Positions 25,408 through 33,776 of a DNA stretch of 35,766 bases are shown here, one piece after another. The notes beneath the pieces are model-generated. The model had not been told where the DNA came from, ran no database searches, and saw nothing but the letters and a program-made list of their open reading frames with translations. Positions within the stretch are counted from its first letter, which is position 1, and each line of letters opens with the position of its first letter. The translations under genes and the position numbers were made by a program. The stretch spans positions 1-35,766 of IMG/VR virus record IMGVR_UViG_3300022666_000344, one strand, 5' to 3'. The DNA comes from a virus. Its lineage: Duplodnaviria > Caudoviricetes.

Positions 25408-26617
25408 ACTTAAGAACAGCAAGGCGTGCGGCGATCTGCCGTTACAGTGCCGTGAGGTAATCAAGCGATACAAGGATGAGGGTATGTTCGATATCGGTTC
25501 GATAACGGACGGCAAGCAGGAATACAGCACAGTTTATTTTCTGATGACGCAGGACTGTAATCTGCGTTGTGCTTATTGCTATCAGCCCAAAGAATTCAGG
25601 CAAAAAGACAGCGGGATCACGCGGGATGTTATCGATGCGGCCGTGGACTGGGCCTCGCGCACGTTCGATGAAAGGCGCATCAAGTTCAGCATATTCGGCG
25701 GTGAGCCGTTCTTGAATTTCCCGATGATGCAGTACCTCTGCGATACATATTGTATGTACCGCTATGTGGTGACAACGAACGGGCTGGTTCTTTTGAATGA
25801 TCCCGGCATCCGCGAATGGGTCTTAAGGCAAAAATATCATCTCAATTTGAGCGTCAGTATATCTGCCTTGCGCGGTGTTCTGGGAGAGGGATATCTGGAT
25901 AAGGCAGGCGCGGTGCTTGATCTCGTAATGGCTAACGGCGGGGATGTTCATTATGTGGTCGATGACCCGGAGCGGCCGGGCATCTATGAGGAGATCATCC
26001 GGCTTTATGAATACGGCGTGCCTGTGGTGCGGATATCTTCGGCCCGGCATTGGGATCTGGTGAGGGGCAAGAACGAGCAATTCAAGGAATTATTCAGGCG
26101 CGTTGCGGATTACGTTTACTTCTCAGGCGAGCCGAAGTTCGGACGGAGCCAATGGGACATTGCGTTAAAAAACAACATTTATCGCAAATTGAAAGGCATC
26201 TCGCTCAAGGACGTGCCGCCGACTTTCTGCGGGTGTGGGTATTTGTATCTGGCCGTGAACAACAAGGGCGAGATATATCCGTGCGATTTCTTCGCCAATT
26301 ATCCGGAGTTCAAAATCGGGGATGTGTGGAGCGGGTTTAACGATACAGCGTTCTTTTTCAAAAAGATGGGCGACTGGATCGATGAGCTTTACGAACATTG
26401 CAGAGACTGCGAGGTTTGCTTTGACGGTGATATCCGCTGTTGTCCGCGCGCAATGTGTCTGGCCGAGAATTACACCGTGACCGGCAATCCGCTGAAACCG
26501 GCGGCGAATCACTGCTGGGCGAACCGGATCGAGACAGCGACGTATGAATATATCGCCAAGAAGGCGATCGAGACCGGTATCGATGCTTTGTATTACAAGG
26601 GGGCAGTGCGGACATGA
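25394..26617 (+). CDS. Radical SAM/SPASM protein 1
   Basis: CNLRCAYC, FGGEP, TTNG; SPASM CGCG..LAVNNKGEIYPC...CRDC...C...C...HC. Confidence 0.92.
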   Translation: MPVFELKNSKACGDLPLQCREVIKRYKDEGMFDIGSITDGKQEYSTVYFLMTQDCNLRCAYCYQPKEFRQKDSGITRDVIDAAVDWASRTFDERRIKFSIFGGEPFLNFPMMQYLCDTYCMYRYVVTTNGLVLLNDPGIREWVLRQKYHLNLSVSISALRGVLGEGYLDKAGAVLDLVMANGGDVHYVVDDPERPGIYEEIIRLYEYGVPVVRISSARHWDLVRGKNEQFKELFRRVADYVYFSGEPKFGRSQWDIALKNNIYRKLKGISLKDVPPTFCGCGYLYLAVNNKGEIYPCDFFANYPEFKIGDVWSGFNDTAFFFKKMGDWIDELYEHCRDCEVCFDGDIRCCPRAMCLAENYTVTGNPLKPAANHCWANRIETATYEYIAKKAIETGIDALYYKGAVRT

Positions 26618-27699
26618 GGATCCCTGTCTATAAATCGGTTTATCTGTATCTCACTCACGCGTGCAATGCGAATTGTTCGTTTTGTTACCGAAGAGGATTG
26701 TTCGAGAGGCACAAGGTTTCGACGCTTGGGCCGGTGAAGATGTCGAAGGAGACAGCGGCCGATATTCTGGACTTTTGTTTCTCGAAGCTTCAGCTGGCGC
26801 CCAAGTTCACGATCTACTTTTGGGGAGGTGAGCCGACGGTTAATTTCGAGGTCATCCGGCATGTGATGGAGAGGTATCCGCAGATGCTATTTCATATGAA
26901 CACTAACGGTGCGCTGATTGATGAGCGGATGCATGAGTTCTTCTCAAGGCACCGCAATATCGGGATCACATGGTCGTTCGGCAATTGTTATGAGAAATAT
27001 GGCGGACCTCAGGGCAAGGCGGAGGCGGAACGCTGGATGTTGAAATTGGTGAGGGAAAATCCAAACCACAATGTCAATTTCATGGTCGTGGAGTACGGAA
27101 GACTCAAAGAGGACTTTGATTTCATCGCGCGAAATATTACCCGCAATATCACGATCGACCTTGCAACCCGGCACGATCATAAGCCGGAAGATTTGGAGAG
27201 GTTTGCGGCGCAGTATTTCGAACTGCTTATCGAGCACGAAAAAGACACGGACCTTTTTCAGACGCTTAATCCGGCGCTTCATAGCAACGCTTATGTCAGG
27301 GAATTCGGGCTTAAGGCGCAGGTGCGGGAGTTTCACTTCTGCCGGACGGGCCTTGAACGGCTTTTTATCGATACTGAAGGCGGGATCTGGCAATGCGACA
27401 ACATGTATATCTGCAGGCATAACCGGCTGGGATCGGTTTATGATGGAATCGATTACTCGAAGCTGGATTATGTCTGGGAGATCGATGAGAACCGCGAGAA
27501 GTATCTGGGCAGGTTTTGCGAGAGTTGCGAGCTGTTCAAACGATGCCCGCGCAATAAATGTTTGGGCCTTAACCTCGAGCATATGGGCAATATGCTCGAT
27601 CCAGAGCCGGGCTATTGCGCCATGAACAAGGTTCTGGCCAAGGTCATTGATAAATATATCCAGTTGGAAAAAGAGAAACGGGAGGGAGTTCATGTCTAA
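26614..27699 (+). CDS. Radical SAM/SPASM protein 2
   Basis: CNANCSFC, WGGEP, NTNG; SPASM CRTG..FIDTEGGIWQC...CESCELFKRCPRNKC...YC. Confidence 0.92.
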   Translation: MRIPVYKSVYLYLTHACNANCSFCYRRGLFERHKVSTLGPVKMSKETAADILDFCFSKLQLAPKFTIYFWGGEPTVNFEVIRHVMERYPQMLFHMNTNGALIDERMHEFFSRHRNIGITWSFGNCYEKYGGPQGKAEAERWMLKLVRENPNHNVNFMVVEYGRLKEDFDFIARNITRNITIDLATRHDHKPEDLERFAAQYFELLIEHEKDTDLFQTLNPALHSNAYVREFGLKAQVREFHFCRTGLERLFIDTEGGIWQCDNMYICRHNRLGSVYDGIDYSKLDYVWEIDENREKYLGRFCESCELFKRCPRNKCLGLNLEHMGNMLDPEPGYCAMNKVLAKVIDKYIQLEKEKREGVHV

Positions 27700-28855
27700 C
27701 GCGGAATTGGTTGGTGGTAAATCCAAAGACGAAATAAAGAGCATCGATCTGTTCATCACCGAGAAGTGCAATATGAATTGCGATTACTGTTTTCATCCCA
27801 AGGGTGAGGCGGTGCTGTCGGTCGAGCAGGGTAAGAAGATCCTTGCTCGGATGAAGGAAATAAGCCCCGCGGGCCTGCAGGTCACGTTCTTCGGAGGCGA
27901 GCCGCTTCTCTATCCAGAGACGGTACTTGAGCTTGCTCTTTATGCCCGGGAGCTGTGGCCGCCGGATAAAAGCGGGCGGAACACCTCGACCTTTTCGATA
28001 TCGACCAACGGCATGTATTTCGATGAGTCAATGTTTAAGAAATTTGCCGAGTTGGGCATGGCGGTTCAGGTGAGTTGTGACGGCGATGAGATCACGCATA
28101 CCGAATATCGGCATGGCGACTATCCGCGCATCATCGAAAACATGAAGAAGATTCTGGCGATCAAGCCGGATATGAGCGTGCGCATGACGTTCACACCCAA
28201 GACAGTCGGAAGGCTGTCGATCAACGTGCAGTATCTACATGAGCTGGGTATTACGAAGATCATGCACCACGCGGTCATGGAAGAGGATTGGGCTCAGGAG
28301 GCGGTCGAGCAATACCGCTATCAGCTGACGCAGATTTATCATTATCGCCGCTACTGTAAGCGGCAGGGTCTGCCGATCGAGATCGCATTCATCGATAAGC
28401 CGCTCAAGATCGTCAATGATGAGGTGCCGCCGGAGAAGGAATACTGTCAGGCCGGAAAGACCTATATCGCGGTTTTGGATAACGGAGACGTCTATCCGTG
28501 TCACAGGGCGGCCAGCGCACGGATATTTAAGCTGGGAAATATCTTTGAGGCTCGGCCGTTTATACGCGGGATATTCCTGAATATCGACAAGGAATACACC
28601 GGGTGCTGGAAAAATTGCCCGCATGCACGGACCTGCCACAGTTGCGTGATCACGCACTATAAGGTTAATCAGGAGTTGACGGTTCCGGTCACGAAGTATT
28701 GCCGGATATGCGCGGTCGAGAGCGAGCAGGCGCTGGGTTTCCTGCCGGTTGAGCTGGCGGATAGGCGCGAGCGCATGCTTTATAAGGTCGGGCAGGTCTT
28801 GGTGGATGTGGCAAAGCAGAATGAAGAAATCTTGGAATCGTTAAAGAAAAAATAA
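27692..28855 (+). CDS. Radical SAM/SPASM protein 3
   Basis: CNMNCDYC, FGGEPLL, STNG, VSCDG; SPASM CQAG..AVLDNGDVYPCH...CWKNC...CHSC...YC. Confidence 0.92.
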   Translation: MSNAELVGGKSKDEIKSIDLFITEKCNMNCDYCFHPKGEAVLSVEQGKKILARMKEISPAGLQVTFFGGEPLLYPETVLELALYARELWPPDKSGRNTSTFSISTNGMYFDESMFKKFAELGMAVQVSCDGDEITHTEYRHGDYPRIIENMKKILAIKPDMSVRMTFTPKTVGRLSINVQYLHELGITKIMHHAVMEEDWAQEAVEQYRYQLTQIYHYRRYCKRQGLPIEIAFIDKPLKIVNDEVPPEKEYCQAGKTYIAVLDNGDVYPCHRAASARIFKLGNIFEARPFIRGIFLNIDKEYTGCWKNCPHARTCHSCVITHYKVNQELTVPVTKYCRICAVESEQALGFLPVELADRRERMLYKVGQVLVDVAKQNEEILESLKKK

Positions 28856-28867
28856 GGAGGGATGGCA

Positions 28868-29158
28868 ATGGCAAAAGTTATCAATCATGAGGAGATCGTG
28901 GTCGGCAGTTCGGTTAAGGCGTTGACACCGGCGGTTTATAACCCGGGCGACGGGGTTTCGGCATCGTTTGCGATGATCACGGCCGAAGGCGGTGACATGC
29001 GGTATTTCGTCAACGGCCAGAATCCAAGCGCGGCATCAGGCGTGCTTTTGGAGGAGGGCGATATCGTCGAGCTTCCGTCGATTTATCACATCAAGGATTT
29101 CAGAGTGATAAAGGCTGGCGATGATGACGGAAAAATTACGGTCACTTACGAAGGTTAA
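28868..29158 (+). CDS. Small beta-rich hypothetical protein, possibly structural
   Basis: AAGGAGG RBS; MRYFVNGQNPSAASGVLLEEGDIVEL. Confidence 0.7.
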   Translation: MAKVINHEEIVVGSSVKALTPAVYNPGDGVSASFAMITAEGGDMRYFVNGQNPSAASGVLLEEGDIVELPSIYHIKDFRVIKAGDDDGKITVTYEG

Positions 29159-29172
29159 AAGGAGGGTGAAAA

Positions 29173-29724
29173 ATGGATCATATTAAACATCAAAAAAAGA
29201 ACCGGATCATTACCCGGGTTAATGAAATCGTCACGAATGGCGGTCTGCCTAAAACCGGCCAGACGATGGTTTATCAGATGGGTGATGATGGTTATTACCA
29301 GATGGGGTATCCCATCGGCGGAGGGCAGAGGTATATCGATAACGGCGACGGCACCGTAACGGATACGGTTACCGGTCTTATGTGGGTCAAGGATCTGCAG
29401 ATGGCCGGATTCGGGATGACTATGTACTGGTATGACGCGATCAATGCCTGTGAGAACCTGTTTTTTGCAGGGCATGACGACTGGCGCATGCCGAATATTA
29501 ATGAGCTTATGTCGATTGTGGATCACTCGCGGTATGACCCGGCATGGGATCCCATGATCTTCGGATACCCTGTTGAGCAATGGGTGCCGTTCTGGTCATC
29601 GACAATAAGTTCGACATGGTCTGATGGCGCGTGGTGTTTGTATCCGTATGACGGGTATAAGACGACTTGGGGTAGACCTTACGATATGTGTTATGTGCGG
29701 CCGGTTCGCGGCGGACAAGCATAA
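29173..29724 (+). CDS. DUF1566/Lcl C-terminal (C-type-lectin-fold) protein
   Basis: LPKTGQ, DNGDGTVTDTVTGLMW, GHDDWRMPNINEL, FWSST, YVRPVRGG. Confidence 0.9.
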   Translation: MDHIKHQKKNRIITRVNEIVTNGGLPKTGQTMVYQMGDDGYYQMGYPIGGGQRYIDNGDGTVTDTVTGLMWVKDLQMAGFGMTMYWYDAINACENLFFAGHDDWRMPNINELMSIVDHSRYDPAWDPMIFGYPVEQWVPFWSSTISSTWSDGAWCLYPYDGYKTTWGRPYDMCYVRPVRGGQA

Positions 29725-29739
29725 AAAGGAGGATTTCAA

Positions 29740-29919
29740 ATGGCAAAACCTACAGTTGAATACAAGGATGGCAAAAAAATTGTGACGTATCCTTCCGGTG
29801 AAAAGCGGGAGCAGACGAAAGCAAGTTTGACCACTGCGAAGCAGATGTTTCTGAAACGCAGGGAGAAGATCGATGAGCAGATTGCGCTGATTGATGATGA
29901 CATTAAGAAGATTGGATAG
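29740..29919 (+). CDS. 59-aa hypothetical protein (absent from the ORF track)
   Basis: AAGGAGG RBS; MAKPTVEYKDGKKIVTYPSGEKREQ...DDDIKKIG fills the gap between neighbours. Confidence 0.75.
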   Translation: MAKPTVEYKDGKKIVTYPSGEKREQTKASLTTAKQMFLKRREKIDEQIALIDDDIKKIG

Positions 29920-29923
29920 GTTT

Positions 29924-30196
29924 ATGAAAAATGAGGGAAGCTGGACAAGGTTCATCACGCCGGTTTTGGTGACGATCGTTATCTTTATGCTTGGCACGGT
30001 TATCGCGCAGGTCAACCGTATAGATGAGAAGTTGTTTCATCATCTGGCTAATGATGAGATCCATATGCCGCGGGCCCTGTATGTGTCTAAGGCCGAGTTT
30101 GACCTGCAGAGCCGGTTTATCGAAAAGGAGAACGACCGGATCATCAAGGCGATCGATGAACTGAGAAAGGATTTAAAGAAAGGGGTGGCGCAATGA
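29924..30196 (+). CDS. Single-TM protein with C-terminal coiled coil (holin-like candidate)
   Basis: FITPVLVTIVIFMLGTVIA hydrophobic segment, charged tail, position after tail genes. Confidence 0.6.
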   Translation: MKNEGSWTRFITPVLVTIVIFMLGTVIAQVNRIDEKLFHHLANDEIHMPRALYVSKAEFDLQSRFIEKENDRIIKAIDELRKDLKKGVAQ

Positions 30197-30312
30197 TTAC
30201 GATCAAGCTGGTTATTGCCTTCGCGCTGGGCGCGGTGGTTGGAGGTCTGGGGATGTTCTTTTATCTGTGGTTAAAAGGCAAGGTGCAGGATGGCGGAAAG
30301 CGAAAAATTTAG
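30193..30312 (+). CDS. 39-aa single-TM peptide (absent from the ORF track)
   Basis: ATGA overlap, AGGGGTG RBS; MITIKLVIAFALGAVVGGLGMFFYLWLKGKVQDGGKRKI. Confidence 0.65.
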   Translation: MITIKLVIAFALGAVVGGLGMFFYLWLKGKVQDGGKRKI

Positions 30313-30622
30313 CGTCCTTAAGTTTCTGGGGAGTTTCGTTCAGTGGTTGCCGTGGGTCAAGACCGCGCGTTACGCGATCGGGATCGCGGCAATCGGCTTG
30401 ATCGGATTGACGATTTATAAGGCTTTCTTCATGCCGACTCAAACTACGAAGCAGGAGACGCATATCATCGCCCAGCCGGGCGCGCAGGTCACGATCGACC
30501 AGAAGCGCGAGGAGAAGAAGTCCGGGCTTGAGGTTCATCCGTTTGTCGAGGGGTACGGTTTCGCGGAATCTGACGATCGAAAAGGGGTCGGAGCCAAGGC
30601 CGGTGTTCGGGTAGATTTTTGA
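30290..30622 (+). CDS. Membrane protein with a TM helix and C-terminal amphipathic beta-hairpin ending in Phe
   Basis: TM YAIGIAAIGLIGLTIYKAFF; C-terminus LEVHPFVEGYGF...GVGAKAGVRVDF. Confidence 0.7.
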   Translation: MAESEKFSVLKFLGSFVQWLPWVKTARYAIGIAAIGLIGLTIYKAFFMPTQTTKQETHIIAQPGAQVTIDQKREEKKSGLEVHPFVEGYGFAESDDRKGVGAKAGVRVDF

Positions 30623-30678
30623 GACAAAGGCCTTGCCAACTATTAAACCGTATGGCCCTATACCCTCGAAAGGAGGGG

Positions 30679-30951
30679 ATGATTATGGTTCGTGAAAACA
30701 TGACGGCAAAAAAGACGCGGTATATCAGCGTCAGAAACGGCGGCGAGGAGACGTACGTCGAAAACATTCCGGTGTTGGGCCGGATGCGGGATCACCTTGA
30801 GGCCGCAAAGTTGCGTTTGAGGGAGATCCAGCGGGTTATGCCGCTGGGTAAGTGGTCGATCACGATCGAACAGCAATGGAAGGATGCGGGCGTTACGCAC
30901 TTTCAGATGCTGGATGTCGTGACCGGAAAATTGCAGGAGTCGGTGCTATAA
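30679..30951 (+). CDS. Hypothetical protein
   Basis: AAGGAGG RBS before ATG 30679 or 30685. Confidence 0.7.
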   Translation: MIMVRENMTAKKTRYISVRNGGEETYVENIPVLGRMRDHLEAAKLRLREIQRVMPLGKWSITIEQQWKDAGVTHFQMLDVVTGKLQESVL

Positions 30952-30968
30952 AACGGGAGGAATTACTC

Positions 30969-31265
30969 ATGGCAAAGAAAGCTAAGAAGGAAAAGACGGT
31001 AACCGCGAAAAAGAGCGCGCCCGAAACGCAGGCATCATCCAAGGAAGGGATCGTTATGCATGCCGGGGCTTCGCGCAACGAGCTTATGCTCGCGGCCAAG
31101 GAGCGCGGTGTCAAAAACTTCCGCGTTCTCAATAAGCAGGAGCTGGCGGATGTGTTGAAAAATATCGGGGATCAGAAAGCGGTTGATGCGATCGTGGCTG
31201 GTGCAGTGACCAGATGGAAGTCCGGCTGGGGAAAGAAGAAGGTGCAGAATGAAAGTCAAAGCTGA
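30969..31265 (+). CDS. Basic protein with a Rho N-terminal-like helix-extension-helix domain
   Basis: GGAGG RBS; SRNELMLAAKERGVKNFRVLNKQELADVL. Confidence 0.6.
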   Translation: MAKKAKKEKTVTAKKSAPETQASSKEGIVMHAGASRNELMLAAKERGVKNFRVLNKQELADVLKNIGDQKAVDAIVAGAVTRWKSGWGKKKVQNESQS

Positions 31266-31560
31266 GATCGAATTAAAGGTCGAAATGGGTGGGGTGTCGC
31301 ATGACGGAACCGGTTGTCAGGGCTACCTGCCGGAAGGAACGCGTTACGAGGATATCGTTCGGGTCTTTGGCACGCCTCAGCTTGGCACTTCGCCGGACGG
31401 AAAGATCAAGGCAGAGTGGGTCGGCAGGATCAACGGCCTTGTGTTCACGATCTACGATTACAAATCGAAACTGGATCCGGAGCGCAACACCGACTGGCAT
31501 ATCGGAGGCAAACAGAAGTTCGTCGCGGATCTAGTGAGCATCTACTTCACCGCTCGTTAA
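31249..31560 (+). CDS. Hypothetical phage protein
   Basis: 103 aa; YEDIVRVFGTP...KAEW...FTIYDYK...WHIGG. Confidence 0.7.
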   Translation: MKVKAEIELKVEMGGVSHDGTGCQGYLPEGTRYEDIVRVFGTPQLGTSPDGKIKAEWVGRINGLVFTIYDYKSKLDPERNTDWHIGGKQKFVADLVSIYFTAR

Positions 31561-31573
31561 TAATATAAGTATT

Positions 31574-31628
31574 AAAAAAGAAACCTTCGCTGGTCATTAT
31601 GGCTGGCGGAGGTTTTTTCTTTTATTTT
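31574..31628. terminator. Intrinsic terminator (possibly bidirectional) ending the phage late/accessory genes
   Basis: AAAAAAGAAACCTTCGCTGGTCA-TTA-TGGCTGGCGGAGGTTTTTTCTTTT. Confidence 0.75.
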
Positions 31629-31640
31629 CCGCATTTGTGA

Positions 31641-31668
31641 TTGACTTTTCCCGTATTTTTGCTATAAA
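31641..31668 (+). promoter_or_regulatory. Sigma70 promoter of the defence operon
   Basis: TTGACT-16 nt-TATAAA with a TG extended -10; another TATAAT at 31671-31676. Confidence 0.6.
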
Positions 31669-31729
31669 TATATAATTATAGCAAATGGAGTTTCCCAAAA
31701 TGATACCCCCAATATCAGATAGGAATAAA

Positions 31730-31906
31730 ATGAAGAAAACCACCATTGAACTCACTGAAGATCAATACTTTTTTCTCAAAGAAAAGGCATTGGAATTACA
31801 GAAACAAAGGAAGCATTATTCTATTGTTTCAATCATACGTGATTTGGTCGAAACAGATATGAAATCATGGAGAAAGAATACTAAAGGACAAAGATCTGGA
31901 GCTTAA
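31730..31906 (+). CDS. Ribbon-helix-helix (CopG/Arc-like) regulator
   Basis: MKKTTIELTEDQYFFLKEKA...SIVSIIRDLVE fits a beta-alpha-alpha pattern. Confidence 0.65.
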   Translation: MKKTTIELTEDQYFFLKEKALELQKQRKHYSIVSIIRDLVETDMKSWRKNTKGQRSGA

Positions 31907-31918
31907 TGTTTTTGCTCT

Positions 31919-32932
31919 ATGAGGAAGAGTAATATGACAAATAAAAAAATCGGGCATGGAGCGGTCAAAGAGAAATCTATTGATTCAAAGATTAGTCGTA
32001 AAAAAAAGATCGTAACAGATCAGAAACGACTGGCTGTTTTTGAAGGAGATTCTAATTATGGCACAAACTTATGTGTTGGTGATGAGCGTTTATGTAAGTG
32101 CGGACCCACGCATATTAACTGCATGAGTCCAAAGGATTGGTTAAAATCTCAGATTGGAGTCTGGCAGTTTTTTTATGAATCTCGAGATATAAGGGATAAA
32201 GCTATTCATCCCGCGACGTTTCCACTATCTCTTGCAAAAAAAATTATTGAGTTGTTCACTCATCAAGGGCAATTGGTTATCGATCCCTTTGTTGGTAGCG
32301 GAACATCACTTATTGCCGCAAATGATCTCAACCGGAATGCTGTAGGATTTGATCTTCAAAAGAAATACGTTGAGTTGTGTGTTAATCGGCTTCAGCAGAA
32401 TCCTAATTTGTTCAATGCTTGTTCTCAGATAGCTGTTCAGGATGACTCGAGAAATATTGCAAAATATATTAGCCCCAACACCGTAAGCCTGATTTGGACA
32501 TCCCCACCATATGCGAATCTTTTAAACCGATCGCGAAAAAATAAATCACGACGAAACAGAAATAATGATCAATTGGGTAAGGTTGAGCAGTATTCGCAAG
32601 ATGTTCGAGATCTGGGCACAATGTCAATTGATTCGTATGCGGTTGCCATGGGGGATATTTTCGAAGGATTACTACCTCTTCTGAAAGAGAAGGCGCATTG
32701 TGTTATTAACGTCCCTGATATGTGGTGGGAAAACCAACGCATAACGATTCATGTTTCGTTAATTGAAGAGCTTCGAAAACGCGGCTATGAGTTGCGCAAT
32801 ATTATAATCTGGGATCGAACTAACATTGTTAATAGCATCGGCATCTTTGGCTGGCCAAGCAATTATATAACTATGGGTGTCACTTTTGAGTATCTTCTGG
32901 ATTTCTGGAAGCCACCCCAAAAAAGAGATTAA
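31919..32932 (+). CDS. N4C/N6A DNA methyltransferase, motif I before motif IV
   Basis: HPATFP, DPFVGSG, then WTSPPY. Confidence 0.9.
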   Translation: MRKSNMTNKKIGHGAVKEKSIDSKISRKKKIVTDQKRLAVFEGDSNYGTNLCVGDERLCKCGPTHINCMSPKDWLKSQIGVWQFFYESRDIRDKAIHPATFPLSLAKKIIELFTHQGQLVIDPFVGSGTSLIAANDLNRNAVGFDLQKKYVELCVNRLQQNPNLFNACSQIAVQDDSRNIAKYISPNTVSLIWTSPPYANLLNRSRKNKSRRNRNNDQLGKVEQYSQDVRDLGTMSIDSYAVAMGDIFEGLLPLLKEKAHCVINVPDMWWENQRITIHVSLIEELRKRGYELRNIIIWDRTNIVNSIGIFGWPSNYITMGVTFEYLLDFWKPPQKRD

Positions 32933-32945
32933 TGAAGGGGATTTT

Positions 32946-33752
32946 ATGAAATTATTTTCAAAGGATGAGTTGATTAAAGAAATCAAAGCTATTGCATCGA
33001 AGGGGTGGCATAAAAGCGTAAAACAAACGCGAGACACTCGAAATGATGGCGCTGTTGGCAACACGCTGGAAGTACTTCTTGGTATTACAGAAAATAACCT
33101 GCCAATTCCTAATGCTAGAGAATGGGAGCTTAAAGGGCAAAGGGCGCACTCTGCTTCCTTGATAACATTAAAGCACATTGAGCCGTCGCCAACGGCGGCC
33201 CGCATTGTTAGCAATATACTCTTACCAAAGTATGGTTGGCCCCATAAGCAGGCGGGATCTAAGTATCCGAAAACCGAGATGAGTTTCCGATCTACAACTA
33301 GCGCTAGCTGTTTTACAAATCGTGGATTCAAAGTGGTTGTGGATCGTGCTGAAAGAAAATTAAAGTTTGTGTTTGATTCAACAAAGGTTGATACATCAGG
33401 TATTGAAATCAAAGCATGGTTAGCATCTGTTGAGAAAAGAGCTGGCTTGGGAGCGATTTCACCTGAACCATATTGGGGTTTTGAGGACCTAAAGTACGCA
33501 ATTGGCGAAAAGATAAAGAATTGTTTTTATGTTATTGCTGAGGCAAAAATTGAGGACGGGCATGAATATTTTTGTTATCAGAATCTTTTTGTTCTATCTG
33601 GTTTTTCATTTGAGAAATTCTTGTGCTGTGTAGAGGCAGGAAGTCTGCTGGTCGATTTTGACGCACGAACAGGACATAACCATGGAACAAAATTTCGGCT
33701 TAAGCAAGGCGTGTGGTCGGATCTCTATGACGATGTTAAAGAGGTATTTTGA
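32946..33752 (+). CDS. MvaI/BcnI-family type II restriction endonuclease
   Basis: NDGAVGNTLEVLLGITENN..IPN..EWELK...SLITL and DFDAR..HNHGTKFR. Confidence 0.85.
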   Translation: MKLFSKDELIKEIKAIASKGWHKSVKQTRDTRNDGAVGNTLEVLLGITENNLPIPNAREWELKGQRAHSASLITLKHIEPSPTAARIVSNILLPKYGWPHKQAGSKYPKTEMSFRSTTSASCFTNRGFKVVVDRAERKLKFVFDSTKVDTSGIEIKAWLASVEKRAGLGAISPEPYWGFEDLKYAIGEKIKNCFYVIAEAKIEDGHEYFCYQNLFVLSGFSFEKFLCCVEAGSLLVDFDARTGHNHGTKFRLKQGVWSDLYDDVKEVF

Positions 33753-33776
33753 TTAGCCAATTAATGAAAGAATGAA

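Larger units (their letters stand above)
1..31628. mobile_element. Lambda-like siphoviral prophage integrated at a tRNA; the defence block after 31.6 kb may be cargo of the same element
   Basis: Integrase abutting a tRNA 3' end, then replication, cos, terminase, portal, capsid, tail tube, tape measure and tail-tip genes in lambda order. No attR duplicate seen, so the right end is uncertain. Confidence 0.9.

Noticed and set aside
26944-27771. 275-aa minus-strand ORF and the other long antisense ORFs
   Set aside because: They are shadows of well-supported plus-strand genes, with no motifs or RBS.
25394-28855. Anaerobic sulfatase maturase, PQQ/mycofactocin or deazaguanine DNA-modification pathway
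   Set aside because: No sulfatase, pqq/mft or queC/queD/folE/dpdA genes nearby, and QueE-type enzymes lack SPASM domains.
29590-29724. Complete diversity-generating retroelement
   Set aside because: No reverse transcriptase, Avd or template repeat is visible in the window.
31561-31640. attR at the composition shift
   Set aside because: No copy of the tRNA 3' sequence found here; only a terminator and a promoter.
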